A DNA stretch of 64,000 bases from Felis catus (lineage: Eukaryota), in NCBI RefSeq assembly GCF_018350175.1, contig NC_058368.1, positions 164,488,001 to 164,552,000 on the forward strand. Direction: 5' to 3'. The position numbers and the translations under genes are program-made. How positions within the stretch are numbered: the stretch's first letter is position 1; each line of letters opens with the position of its first letter. Positions 13,226-27,304 of the stretch are shown in pieces. Below the pieces are notes generated by a model that searched no databases, was not told where the DNA came from, and worked only from the letters and a program-made list of their open reading frames with translations.

Positions 13226-14844
13226 CTGTGATAAAGGAAAAAAGAGAAAAATCCACTAATCTAAGACTGTCCCTGCATTGGCCCTAGAAATTATTTTCAG
13301 TATTATTCAATGGGATGAGAAAACCATACCACATGTTGTGTTGTTGTTACTGTGGAAATGTGTGAACTTTGAATCAGTAGTCTGTTGACTGATGCAGGAT
13401 GTGCATTTGCCAGTGATTTAGCTATGAATATAATGCGTAGGGACCACAAAACAAAGGTTATGTTTTTAATGTTCATGAAAATGTATTTTGAAGAGAAAAT
13501 TTCTTAAGGTTCAGTGTATAAATGTGCTTCACTTATGTTACTTACACGCCTGTATTATTAGACGACGTTTATACTTTTTTTTTTGAAAATTTCACTTAAA
13601 ACATGTATAACAAAGTGGACCACTAATGCTACTGTAGGTAGGAACTTCCACTTTTACCCTTATTATTAATGAAGCCTGTTAAAATAGCGTCATTTTACTG
13701 ATAATGATTTTTATCTTAGATTTCATTTCTTTTCCCTGCTTTTTACAAAAAAGATCTAAGAATATACTTATTTCTCTTAAAGCCGTGTGTATGTATGTGT
13801 GTCCTCATAATTATAATTACATGCTATCTTACATTTTGCTCTCTTTTAATATGTCAGCATTGTTACACTTTAAATAATAGCTCAAGTTATCAAATACCCC
13901 AAGGGCAGTGGTAGTCTTTCAGTGAGTTCAAGATATATTCCTAACTTAAAACACACTTGTAATGAATTCCACACCTGAATAGCTGAAAGGCATTTTATGT
14001 ATCAGGGTCTCTGGGGCTTTTCAGGTCTGGAGATTATAATACAGCAATTAAAGCAAGGTTTTTAGTAGCATTCTCATTATCTGAACAGAACTCCATCTGC
14101 TGAAATTGACAGAAAATATTTAATTCTAGACATTTAAGGATACTGTCTGGAACATTTGCATTAATAAAGGGGAAACCATACAGTGGGTCATGTTACTTTC
14201 AAAGAGATTAAAGAATGTATAATGACAGAGAAACTCGGGGAACTTCCTTATAACAAGAAAAGAAGGTGGGAGACTCTTGCATAGAGCTTTCAAATGACTG
14301 TGCAGTGTTAAGCTGGCATGTGAGAAAAGAGATTAACTCATGCGATTGACAGCATGAAACTGCCAGAAAACTAACCATGCTATTCCTGATCCTAGTACCA
14401 CTCATCAATGTCAAATTATAAGTTATAACATCCTAAGGGAGGGCGACAAGGGGATTACAAAATATTAAAATAAAGATATTGGAAAAAAATTCTATTAACA
14501 CTTGATTGTGATACTACTTTCATAAAGAAAAAAATAAGTAGTGCCTTTCTGAAGTCATGGGTTGTAGAAGTAGACGTTGCCAACTCTCCTCATTATTATA
14601 ACTTAGATAGTATTGTGTACCTCAATATGTGCCTGCAGTTTCAAAATTTTAGTGCCTAACAGGGTGAAACTGGCACTTGACAGCATTTGTTAAAGAACCT
14701 AAAACAAAATCAAGTTAATAATAAAAGCAAATAATGTAACACTTTATAGTGCTCTCACTCTAGGTATTTAATTTGTGCCTTAACATAAGTCTTTATCTCT
14801 TGGTACTTATGTCAGGTAATCTTACTGTATCCATTTTTTCTTCT

Positions 14845-15327
14845 TTTTTTTTAAATTAAAGTATACTTGACATACAGTATCCTAATAGTTTCAAGTGTGT
14901 ATAGTACCTCAATATTTTTATAAATTACAAAATGATTTCCATGATCATTCAAGTACAGTTATCTTCTATCATTGTATAAAGTTACTACAATGTTGTCTGA
15001 ATTAACATTGTGTTAAGTTAGCTCCCGGATGACTTATTTTCTATAACTATAAGCTTGTACATCTTAAATCCCCTTCCTATTTCACCCACCTCCCTTCCCT
15101 TCAACCCTTTCCACCCTCTGGTAACCAGTAGTTTGTTTTCTGTATCTCTTATTTGTTCAGTTGTTGTTGCTGTTTTTCCACGTATAAGTGAAACCATGCA
15201 GTATTTGTCCTTATCTGTCTGGCATATTGCACTTAGCATAATATCCTCTAAGTCTATACATTTTGTCACAAATGGCAAGATTTTATTCTTATTTATGGCT
15301 AAGTAATATTCCACTTTATGTATATGT

Positions 15328-15417
<90 letters not shown>

Positions 15418-15459
15418 TTTGTCTATTCATCTGTCAGTGGATACTTAGGTTTCTTCCAC
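14845..15459 (-). mobile_element. 5'-truncated older L1 3' end, with an internal (TG)n(TA)n
   Basis: ORF 15018..15314 gives the ORF2 C-terminus (MEYYLAINKNKILPF...KDKYCMVSLI). Poly(T) at left; probable TSD gtatccattt at 14827-14836 and 15460-15469. Confidence 0.85.
15318..15414. repeat. (TG)n(TA)n compound microsatellite
   Basis: Directly visible. Confidence 0.97.
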
Positions 15460-16109
15460 GTATCCATTTATTAATTGCTAAGCAACTGGGGATTTTAACT
15501 ACTAAATTTCTTCCCTAAGGTGATTAGTAAGTTGTGAAAGGTTTCAAACATAACTCTTCTCATTTCCAGTTAATGCTTTTTCCTTTATACTATGCTGAAA
15601 CTTAAGTAGACTCTTAAATGATATTTTTTATAAACATCTAAATCCAGATATATTTGATAGCCTTTTTTATTAAGGCTGTACTCATTTGCAACCGAGTGTG
15701 AAAGATCACTCCAATACATTCAGTTTTGTGTGGCTTACATTTATTCCTTATGTAAAATGGCAATATGTTTTATACAATAAAGATGTGTAATCAAAACCAG
15801 GTTCTAATGAGTATTAAGTCAAAATGGTAAATAGTATAAAATGGATTAGCTCCCACACCAAACCCTTATTCTCTGCTAGAAGATCTGAAAATAGCCAGGA
15901 AAACAGATAACTATTCATAGCATCAAAAGAAACTAAGTTTGACAAACAAGTAATTATCTGAACCTGGGAGGACTTACCAGAAAATGGAATTTCAGATACT
16001 GTGCTTTAATTAAAATAATTAAGGTCAGAGCTTCTGTTTCCCCATAGGTTGTAAAAGGTCATGATAGTGTACTCCAAAGCTAACAATGAGAAACTTGATC
16101 ATCTACAAC

Positions 16110-16900
16110 ATTTCTATCTAGAATGTCTTTATTAATATCAGACAAGCTACATTTCAGAGTATAAAATAATACTAGTGATGGAAATAATCATTTCAAAATG
16201 ATGAAAGGATCAATTGACCAGGAAGTTATACCAGTACTAAATGTGTATGCACCTAGCAACAGAGCTTCAACACACATGAGGAAAAAAAGGAAAAACAGAG
16301 AAACTAAAATGGTGGTTGGAGACTTGAGTATTGCTCTCTCAGAAAGTGGGTAGTAAATCACTGATCTCATAGAAGAATTGGTCAACATTATCTGCTAAGT
16401 AGGCCAATTTGCCTTTTACAAAACAGTCCATTCAAGAAAAGCCAAATGCATGTTATTTAAAAATGCACATAAAACATTAATCTCTACCTTTATCTATGTC
16501 TATAGATATCATATCCCAGGCCACAAAACAAAGCTCAGTAAACTTTAATGAATAGGAATCATTTAAAATATATGCACAGATTATTACAGAATTAAACTAG
16601 AAATTAATAATAGATTTTTACCTAGAAAAGTCCTAAGTATTTATAAATTAAACAATATGATTGCACATAACCCATAGGTCAAATAAAAAGTCTCAAGGAA
16701 ATTCTAAAAATATCTTGAACTGAATAAAAAAAGAAATCCTTTCAAAATTTGTGGAAGACAGCTACAAGATGGCTGAGAGTGAAATTAATGGCATTAAATG
16801 CTTATGTAAGAAGAGAAGAAAGGCCTCAAACCAGTAGTGTTAACCTCCACCTTATGAAACTAGAAGAGCAAAGGAAAACCAAAGTAAAGAGAAAGGGAAC
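16110..16900 (+). mobile_element. Ancient L1 ORF2 endonuclease-region fragment
   Basis: Degenerate EN coding sequence (ctaaatgtgtatgcacctagcaacagagcttca; gaattaaactagaaattaataa; gcattaaatgcttat). Confidence 0.8.
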
Positions 16901-17214
16901 AACATGACACATACGTTTCTGAAACCACCACCTGAGCAGTGATCTGGATAAGTTGGTGCAGAAGATTAAGGATGGTGTCAAGAGTAGATGAGTAAAATAG
17001 GGATTATGAATAAAAAAATATTAAACTTCTCCATGCTAGGGAGCTTGATGAGTTTTTCACATCTGTTTTATTTCCTGTTGACACTAATTGTATAGACATT
17101 ATAAATCATAAATACACATAAGCTTCGGGTATCCATTTTCTTCTCTTGTCCTGTTGAATGTCGTGGGTGCATGGCAGTAGACTGTAGGTGGAGCATAATG
17201 GAAAGCCAGCCTCA

Positions 17215-17450
17215 CAATAATAATCATATCTAATACTAATATAGCACTCTGTGTCATGAACTGTTCTAAATCCTTCTTGTCTTGTTATGACATTTAATTA
17301 GCCTAACAACCCTGAATGATTATTATTATCACCATTTTACATATGAAAAACCTGAGGCACAGAGGATTTAAGTAATTTTCATAAGGTCCCAGAGCTAGTA
17401 AGTAGCAGTGCAGAATTTCACCCCAGGCAGTTTTTATCATTATGCTGTAA
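17215..17450 (-). mobile_element. MIR
   Basis: ccattttacatatgaaaaacctgaggcacagaggatttaagtaat...aaggtcccagagctagtaag. Confidence 0.85.
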
Positions 17451-17879
17451 AATAAGAGTTTTAATGCTTTCAAATTGTTCATAAGTATTTTTTCCCATAT
17501 AATTTTTCTTTTACTCTGTGCTTGAAAGCTAAACCTATCTAAGTTGTGGCAAAAATACACTGTGCCCATCTAACACTGAACTCACTGAATATTACGGCAG
17601 CAATTGGCTGAAGGGAGAACTTCTCATTTGGAACAGAGTGTGAACCGCTGATTATTTGAGGGATCCAAATTACTTGGATTTTAAAACTTTTCTAAGATTT
17701 AATTTGGTTTCCACATGTAGTAAAAATATGGTTTAAAATTATATCAATACTTAAAAAATAGCTTATTTCCACAAAATGTAAGTTATGATATTGTAATCCT
17801 AATGATAGATGTAACAGTGGATGGTATCTGCAAAACACTTTATTTTGGTTTCTTGTATTCTTTTAAAATGCATCTTTAC

Positions 17880-18100
17880 GGGGCGCCTGGGTGGCTCAGT
17901 CGGTTAAGCGGCCGACTTTGGCTCAGGTCATGATCTCGCGGTCAGTGAGTTCAAGCCCCGCATCGGGCTCTGTGCTGACAGCTCAGAGCCTGAAGCCTGT
18001 TTCAGATTCTGTGTCTCCCTCTCTCTGACCCTCCCCCGTTCATGCTCTGTCTCTCTCTGTCCCAAAAATAAATAAACGTTAAAAAAAATTAAAAAAAAAA
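17880..18100 (+). mobile_element. Young felid Can-SINE
   Basis: CpG-retaining head; perfect TSD taaaatgcatcttta at 17864-17878 and 18101-18115. Confidence 0.96.
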
Positions 18101-21100
18101 TAAAATGCATCTTTAGTATAACTTTTGCATTGCACAGCCAGGTTATATATTATATCAAATTATTGTTTTAGTTAGAAATTACTTGCTATTTAAAAATTGC
18201 AAATTATTTAGAATTTGAAGTACATTATATATAAAGTTAGTGGTTTTTTTGAGATTTGGCATAGTAGTAAAATATTTTAAAAATAGAATATCAAATTAAC
18301 ATTCAGAATTGGAATAAGTATAACTAATAATGATAAAGCACATATCCAACTATATTTATGCATTTTGGAAGTACTTTGAAACAGTCTTAATAACTATTTC
18401 TCAAAACTAATTGAAAACTATTTGAAATATAATTAAATGTGGCATAAGTCTACAGTTTTCTTAACAGTTACTACTTAAGTGCATTAACACTTGATGACTT
18501 TGCCATAAGCTGTTAACTTTGAAAATGACCCTTCAAGCTAGATATGATTGATATGGATGACATTAATGCGTTAATATTGTCAATGTAGCATTTGTCAAAG
18601 TTACTGTAATGAAGAGAGCCAACTGTTAGAAACCGTAAGAAAGTGTTCTTCTAAGTTATATGTAAGCATGTCTTTCTCTGTAGGAATTTCTGATATATAT
18701 TTTAAGAGTAAGTTGATTAAACTATTGTGACTAGAACAAAGTCAAGAAGTACAGATTTCACATTACAAAGATTGATTTCAAATGAAGATACTGGCTAGCT
18801 GCCCCTAATTTGTACTGTTTCATGTTCCTATTGAAATATTCATGAAATTATGTAAGAAGTTTTCAAACTGTAGTACCACTAAAAACTCAGAATGATACCA
18901 GATAACCTTGCAGATCCCAGCAACAGTTTACTAATTTCTACAATGAAAACATAATTACCACTCTGTAACTGAACAATGGAGAAACACAGGCAAAGTTTCA
19001 CCTAAATGTATGTTTCTCAAGAAGTTGGGTAAGTTGTAATTATGACTTATAAAAAGCACAAATGGCCAAAAAAATAATACAGTGGGTAAGTGTATTATGA
19101 TATATCTATATTATAGAATCTTACACAGTCATGAAAATGGTGATTTGGAAGAATAATTTGGGATAATATAAATAAAAGTATAATATATATAACCTAAACC
19201 AATTTGTCTACATTTTTAACAAATACCTGGGCATAGAAAAAACAACAGAAGATATATCACAATATTAATGGTTATAATAATTTACTAGTGACTTTACTAC
19301 CCTTATATCTTTCATAACTGCAAATATTCTATGCATACTTTCATAAATTCTTGTATGTATGATGAAACATACTATGCATTCTATGTTCGTTATACGCTAT
19401 ATTTCGTTCGTTATACGCTATAGTTCGCTATACTATACATTCTATGCATACTTTCATAAATTCTTGTATGTATGATGAAACATAGACTAAATTCCATACT
19501 TAAATGAATTTTGAATACAGTGTTAAATTTTTTCTATGTCTGTACCCATGAGTTTCATAAAGAATATTTTCTACATAATAAGAATGTTTATATCCACAGA
19601 GTACCTTATGTTGCCTTTGAAAACATATACCTCTTCTCAGTACTGGTTCCTATTTGTTTTTATTTTACCTCTTTTATCAGAGTGCTACTGACATCTGAAT
19701 ACTGAGAAAAACAGTGGAATATTTTAATTTTCCTAATACTTGAGAATATGGAAGTAAAAACAAAATAACTATGGCATAATTTTATACCTAAAGTTTTCAA
19801 ATTAGCTTGACATGTGAAAGCTAAATGCTAAAATAAATTGCACACAATTTTAAGTGGCTACTTATAATTTTCCCAAAATTATTTATACATTGAAATGAAA
19901 AATCAAACAAATTAAAGGGGATATTACATCCCCTTTCTGAATGTGAGTAGCATATTAATGCATGGTTTAATTGGATTCAATAGAAAGTTTCTATTATTTC
20001 CCCAGAGTACCGTAGGCAAAGGGCATTTTTCACTTGATTTCTGTGAAAAAGTATTGTTTAAAGATTTATTCTCCGTATAACGAAATAAAAGTATATGAGT
20101 ACTTGAAGGATTCCCTAAATCTCCCCATTGCAGTGTGATTGGGCATGGTGAGTCACATGCCCATAAACTATTATAATCAACAATGTTTATAGATAAGAAA
20201 AGCTGCCATGGCTTTCCTTATCACTGGGATGCCTTACCTTCTTTTTCAGAAACTAATAGACTTATTTACTCAATAGAACAACATAATGACAATTTTCACA
20301 TGAGGATAAATCTTGTGAAACAGAGTGTACTTTTTAGTATATTGTTCACAAAGCTGAAGGTGAGGATCTGGCCATTTTCATTTTAAATCTTTAGGTTAAA
20401 AGTGTGAAGAGAGACCTGGGACAGGTGGGGTGGTGATCAGTACACTTTAGAAAAGAGAGTTTTAATGCTGTTGTTTCATGCTGATTTAAGTCATTGCTCT
20501 CTTTTCGAGTCTAGAAATCAGCATAGGGAAAGTATTTTCTGGGTGGCACACTTAGGGGTTGTGGGTATTAGCATTTATTGTAGAAAAATCTGCAATATCC
20601 TACAAAAAAAGGTTCTTTGTTTTATTTAAAAGATCTACTCCATAATCCTGCAGGTTGGAAATATGATTGTTCCTGGTCTCCTGCCATGTGAATTTTGTTT
20701 GGATAACAGACTGCCATTCTGGGATTTTAGGAGCTTTAATCTCCTTATCTATAAATACAAAGGCTACTTGCCTCACACTTACTACCAGATGTAAGATAGG
20801 GACATGATGGAAATCAGTCTTTGCTCTTCTTCTCTCCTCCATTCCTTCTTTTTAAAGTTTTTTTCACCATTTTGGCATCTAATCACCTCATTACTCATCA
20901 TTAATAGATCCATGTTACCTATATCATCAAGTAAAGCACTCCTGAAAAGATTTTATACTAGGAAAATCCCCACTAGATCTTTAAACTGTATCTAAATGAA
21001 CATATACAAACAGATGGTAGCCCTAAGCAGTCATCCTCCTATGAATGAGTGGCCTCTTGAACCTTTGGATCAAGTCCATTGTGGTTTCCAAGGGGTCTGG

Positions 21101-21200
21101 GAAGTTCCAACAGGATTTTATATCTGATTGACTTATTAGCTTATTACAGAATAATTTGTTAAAAACTGGAACTTTTTGAATCTTGAACTTTGAAAGATTC

Positions 21201-21260
21201 CTTTTTTTAATTTTTTTTAAAGTTTGCTTTTGGGGGGGCGAGAGAGAGAGAGAGAGAGAG

Positions 21261-21298
<38 letters not shown>

Positions 21299-21446
21299 CG
21301 GTGGAGGGGCAAAGAGAAAAGGGGACAAGAGGTTCCAAAGTCAGATCTGTGCTGACAGCACTGATATGGGACTTGAACTCATGAACCATGAGATCATGAC
21401 CTGAGAAAAAGTCTGACACTCAACCTACTGAGCCACCCAGGTGTCC
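21201..21446 (-). mobile_element. Can-SINE with internal (GA)n(GT)n
   Basis: Body motifs gagatcatgacctgag and ctgagccacccaggtg; degenerate TSD tgaaa(g/c)attc. Confidence 0.9.
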
Positions 21447-21730
21447 TGAAACATTCTTTTTACAATCAAAATATAATAGCAGAAAAAGATAAGGGAGTTT
21501 GATACTGAGAGAATAAAAAATTGATAACCATTATTGTCAACATTCTTTGGAAGGTTGGTCAAGATTATTGGGGCCTGGTATCTAAAAACAAGAACCTATA
21601 ATTATTAGAAAGCCTGAGAAAAAAAGTATTATAGATGAGTTTTCTCAAAAAGCTTTGTAGGAAATTTTTATTGTGTATGGCCAGGTGCTTTACATCTGAA
21701 TTTGTATGTATGGACATTGAAGCTCAAGAG

Positions 21731-21765
<35 letters not shown>

Positions 21766-22335
21766 CATATTTGTAAAAGGTGACAAAAACATATGAGTCT
21801 ATGGTGTTATTCTTTCCCTACATCAATCTTTTTCTTACCACTAGCCTTTTATATTTTTTTCAGTATCAATGTATTTATGTCAGGAAAGAGACGAGGGAGG
21901 ATAAATGGAAACTAAGAAACAGCAAAGGTAAATTTTCTGTGATGTTGTAACCAGAATGACAATGATGTCTCAGTCAAGGAGTAAACAAATGAAAGCAGTG
22001 TAGGGAAAGAATTACTTTATCTCCTCAGCGTGACCATAATCACCAAATTGAAGCCATTAAAGAATTTCAAAGTGAAAACGTTTACCTATTGCTAGGGAAA
22101 ACAATGGAAAAAAAAAAGGAAAATGAAGAAAAATGTGTTTATTTTTTGTTTTAATTTGTGTTTTGGTGTTTTCTTAGTGACTACATTTGCTGAAGGAAAG
22201 GATATATTTTATTGTGTTTAAGATTAATGTAAAAATTTAAATATATGAAAATCAAGACCAATGGAGAAAACAAAATACTTATTTTGTAGCCTTTGTCAAT
22301 TTATCTTTCCATTGTAAAGTGTTGATACCAGTTTA

Positions 22336-22369
<34 letters not shown>

Positions 22370-22371
22370 AT

Positions 22372-22424
<53 letters not shown>

Positions 22425-22432
22425 TATATATA
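22336..22432. repeat. Alternating (TA)n/(CA)n microsatellite
   Basis: Directly visible. Confidence 0.97.
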
Positions 22433-22700
22433 TGTTAAAAATAAAATACAGAACATGGATTTTCAGATGTTTACGTCAATTTCAGAAATATGTAGTGCAC
22501 CAGCTTTTTCAGGGAACTTATTCTATGTAAAGTATTACGGAGGATGGTTTTCTATGGATGCTATCCTGTGAATTTTCATTTAATGCTCAAATTACATATG
22601 TATATATAATTATGTACATAAATGTATATATAATTACATGTATATCACATATTACGTGTATCTATGTGTATATTTTTAAATAGTCTGAAGAAGTGTGTCA

Positions 22701-22874
22701 TTTTTTTAATGTTTATTTATTTATTTTTGAGAGAAAGGGAGAGGGCAGAGAGAGAGAGAGAGAGAAAATCCCAATCCCAACTGACACAGGGCTCAAACCC
22801 ACGAACTGTGAGATCATGACCCGAGCCAAAACGAAGAGGCAGATGCTTAACCAACTAAGCTACCAAGGTGCCCC
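22701..22874 (-). mobile_element. Can-SINE with internal deletion
   Basis: Tail and head present; the central gcaggctcc segment is missing. Confidence 0.88.
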
Positions 22875-23944
22875 AAGAAGAATTTCATTCTTAATATAAT
22901 GTTTACATTTTACTTTGGCTTTAAACTCCTTGGTAAAATACTTAATAAATTGACAAACTTCACATTAAATCATTTAAATATCTTCTTGTGGAATAACTTA
23001 ATCTTTTTGGGCATAGAGTTGGGAATCAACAGAGATATAATGTCCATGTGAAATTCTGTTATGTAAAAGCCAAATTTAACTAGAACATATAGTCAGTTGA
23101 ACAGTTTGAGAATCAGTACAATATTTAATACAACATGGTGCTGAAGTAGCAGTGGAATTCCCCCAAAAAACTGAAAAAGCAAACAGTGTAACGTGCATGG
23201 AGAAAATAATAACATTTTCCAAAGTACAGATAGATAAAATAATGGCAATTTAAATGGATACAGGATAGCAAGGTAGAGAATTTGACAAATGGGTAGGTAA
23301 GTCTATATGTCCGTACCTATGTTTATCTATCTAGATAGGTATCGAAGTGTCATATATAGTCTTAAAATAGTAAATGACCATGCTTAAATATGTAGTAATC
23401 TCCAAGAAGAAAATACTATTTTTGTGTAGAAGAATACATATTGCAGTTTGGAAGTATTTGTAGTTGAAATTAACTAATTATCTTCTAAGGAATAGACACA
23501 AGAAATGTGTGGATATGTGGTAATATATGTTTAAAGCAACAATTGCAAAATATTTAATATTACTCACACTTTTTTTACTCTCTTTTCCCCAAAATGAGAC
23601 AATGTCTATGACAGTCTTTTAATCTTACCAATCGATTAAAATATTCATTAAAACTCAGAATACACGTTCACTCCAAATGTGTAAGTCACAAAGTAGTCTC
23701 TAGTGACTAGAAAAACTTCTTTTTTGTAATCCTATCTGGCATCTCTATGAATTAATCTAAGCTGACCATTTTCTCCTTAAAAATCTCCACTTCATTTGTT
23801 TGTAATACACCACTCTATGTGCTTTTTTACACTTTTATTTTGACAAACACCGTTAATTAATTTCCCTCCCTTTTTCTGCGAACGTTTAGATTTTCACTCC
23901 TGCTTCATCATCAGGTAACTTATTTTCATGATTTTTTCCCTTTC

Positions 23945-24072
23945 TCCATCCATCTTTTTAATCCATTCATCATCCATCATTCATCCATCCATCCATCGAT
24001 CCATCCATCCATCCATCCATCCATCCATCCATCACTCAGCCAGCCAGCCAGCCAGCCAGCCATCCAGCCAGC
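23945..24072. repeat. (CCAT)n followed by (CCAG)n tetranucleotide repeat
   Basis: Directly visible. Confidence 0.95.
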
Positions 24073-26660
24073 AAGGATTCAGTCAGAATCTCTACTTAGA
24101 TTTTAGGGATATGGATATAAACTAGATGTATTTCCTTCTTCATTGTAGAGAAGTAGAAATGTCACATATATTCTGAGAGAGAGAGTGGGAGAGGGAGAGA
24201 GAGGGAGGCAATTGAAAAATATATATATATGCACACACACACATATATACATGCAAACACATAGGTAATTAAATATTCATGATAGCTCTTTGATATAAAA
24301 GAGTGTATGTAGGATGCTGGGCATGAAGAGCAAAGTTATTCTATTAGGAAGATAAAGGATAGGATACATAAGAAACATGCTGAATATTGAGGGGTAATTA
24401 TATGTGCTAGTCAAGTGGTCAGGAAGGGAGAGGGAGTCCAATGAAACCCAATGAGGAAGAAATGCCAGCATTTGGGAATGTCTCTTAGTCCAGTATGACT
24501 GGAGTGAAGAGGAGAATCTTGAAAAAGGATTAGGAAAGAAAAGCAGGGTCCAGGAAATATAAGCTCTTATATGGAATTTAAAAGATTTGGGTTTTACCCT
24601 ATAGCAAATAGAGTATCAACAAATATTTTAAGTATACAAAGATCACTTTAACAGTATTAAAAAAAAAAGATGGGTCTCTGGAGGGAGTAAGAATGCAGGA
24701 AGGATCTGATAAGGGGCTTAAAGACCTCAGGGTTGTAGATAAGGGGCACAGTTTAATGACAATCCAAAGATGTAAAATGTAGAGAAAGTGGTCAAGAAAG
24801 CCTCTATTTTGGATACAGGGTAAAGGATAGGGAGTGTTCCAGGATGATTCCCAGGGTTTTTGGTTGTTTGATTTTTTTGGTTTATATAAATAATATAATT
24901 ATATAATTATATAAATAAATATTTGGCAAGAGGATAGTGCTCTTGAGCAAAATTGAGAAATAAAAATCTGCTTAGACAGCTGTACTCATCAAGACAGTAC
25001 ACTACTGACATATAGATCAATGGAACAGAATAGAGAATTCAGAAATGGACCCACAAACATATGGCCAACTAATCTCTGGCAAAGCAAGAAAGAATATTCA
25101 ATGGAAAAATGAAAGTGTCTTCAGCAAATGATGTTGGGAAAACTGGATAGCCACGTGCAGAAGAATGAACTTGGACTACTTTCTTACACCATACACAAAA
25201 AATAAGATGGATGAAAGACCCAAACATAAGACAGGAATCCATCAAAATCCCAGAGGAGAAAACAGGCAACAACTTCTTTGACCTCAGCCATAGCAACTTC
25301 TTACTTGACATGTCTCTGGAGGCAAGGGAAACAAAAGCAAAAATGAACTATTGGGACCTTATCAAGATAAAAACTTCTGCACAGTGAAGGAAACAATTGG
25401 CAAAACTAAAAGACAACTGATGGAATGGGAGAAGATATTTGCAAATGACATATTAGATAAAAGGTTATTATCCAAAATCTGTAAAGAGCTTATCAAGTAT
25501 CAAACTCAACACCAAAAAATAAATAATCTAGTGAAGAAATGGGCAAAATATGTGAACAGACATTTTTCCAAAGAAGACATCCAGAAAGCTAACAGACGCA
25601 TGAAAAAATGCTCAACATCACTCATCATTAGGGAAATCCAAATCAAAACCACAATGAGATACCACCTCATACCTCTCAGAATGGCCAACATTAACAACTC
25701 AGGAAACAACAGATGTTGGCGAGGATGCATAGAAGGAGAACACTTTTGTATTTGTTGGTGGGAATGCAAACTGATGCAGTCATTCTGGAAAACAGTATGG
25801 AGATACCTCAAAAAGTTAAAAATAGAACTACTCTATGACCCAGCAATTGCAGCACTAGGTATTTACCCAAAGGATACAAAAATTCTGATTTGAAGAAGCA
25901 ATGCACCCCAATGTTTGTAGCAACACTATCAAAAATAGCCAAATTATGGGAAGATCCCAAATATCCGTCAACTGAGGAATGGATAAAGAAGATGTGGTGT
26001 ATATATACAATGGAATATTAGCAAACAAAAAGAATGAAATCTTGCCATTTGTGACATTGTGGATGGAACTAGAATATATTATGCTAAGCAAAATAACTCA
26101 GAGAAAGACAAATATCATATGATTTCACTCAGATGTAGAATTTAAAAAAACAAAACAGATGAACATGGGGAAGGGAAGGAAAAATATGATAAAAACAGAG
26201 AGGGATACAATCCATAAGAGACTCTTAAATACAGAAAACAAACTGAAGGTTGCTGGAGGGGATTTGGGTGAGGGGATGTGCTAAGTGGGTGATGGGCATT
26301 ACAGAGAGCACTTATTGGTATGAGTATGGGTATTATATGTAAGTATTGAATCACTAAATTCTACTGAAACAGATTATTGCACTATTTGTTAACTAGGATT
26401 TAAATTTAAAAAGAAAGGAAAACCAAAGAAAAAATCTAATAATAAAATAAAAATATCTTGATGAAAAAAATTTGTGTAGGACACATTTCATTGAAGAAAC
26501 TTTCAGACACCAAGATGGAGAAGTTAAAAAAAAAAACAGAGAAGCACAGTTCAGGTAATAGATGTTCGTAGAATAGATGTGCCTGTCTTCAAGTTTTCAG
26601 CATGTTGAAGCTCTGAGAGCACATGCATTTGACTGAAGTTTATCATGAGAATGGAATTTA
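24060..26660 (-). mobile_element. L2 relic interrupted by the L1 at 24979-26450
   Basis: L2-like motifs aggatgattcccagggttttt (left of the L1) and ggacacatttcattgaag...cagacaccaagatggag (right); preceded by a (CCAT)n tract like an L2 tail. Confidence 0.55.
24979..26450 (+). mobile_element. 5'-truncated carnivore L1 (ORF2 3' part and 3'UTR) inserted in an L2
   Basis: ORF 25351..25893 matches the ORF2 C-terminal region ([20 protein letters not shown]); A-rich tail at about 26405-26450. Confidence 0.92.
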
Positions 26661-27004
26661 TCCTGAGAATTGGACACATGCACAAAATATAAATGCAAAA
26701 GAAAAAATCAGATGCATTTTTATAATAAGGGAGACAATAATGAAATTATTTACAAGCATTAAAAGGTAGATATTGATGAGAAGATTTCTATGATAGAATG
26801 CATGAAAAAAGCAAGTCTGCATAGTATATATACTATGATACTACTTTTGTCAATATGTGTATTAATGGAAAAAAACTTGAAAATATCACCATAATTTAAT
26901 CCTGTACTCTTGAATCACTTTATGAATAATTGTACTATCTAATTTATGTATTTTACAATTGGTTTAATACTATAATATGTATATATTAGAATTAACCATG
27001 TAGA

Positions 27005-27230
27005 GGGGCTCCTGGGTGGCTCAATCAGTTGAGAATGCTACTTGATTTTGACTCAAGTCATGATCTCATGGTCATAGGATCGAGCCCTGTGTTGGGCTCT
27101 GCACTGGGGGTGAAGGCTACTTAACATTTTCACTCTCTCCCTTTGACTTTGCTCCTCTCCCCCCATTCATGCACTCATGTGCCTGCTCTCTCTCTGTCTC
27201 TCTGTCTCTTAATAAAGAAAAACCAAAAAA
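27005..27230 (+). mobile_element. Can-SINE (older)
   Basis: ggggctcctgggtggctca head, (CT)n, aataaa and A-rich tail. Confidence 0.9.
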
Positions 27231-27304
27231 GATATGTAGCTGCCATTTTTGTAGGTCACAATATTCAAATATTGGCAAGTTCAACTTAATATTATCCCTA
27301 TAAT

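Noticed and set aside
14238..14352. NF-kB-like GGGAACTTCC and near PBX/MEIS CGATTGACAG motifs
   Set aside because: Two isolated matches are not enough without conservation data.
16922..17018. Short coding-like frame (SSDLDKLVQKIKDGVKSR*) followed by AATAAA and an A-run
   Set aside because: Only about 22 codons between stops, no TSD and no recognisable parent gene.
19326..19484. Repeat-spacer-repeat pattern resembling CRISPR
   Set aside because: Only two repeats, a self-derived spacer, mammalian context and no cas genes.
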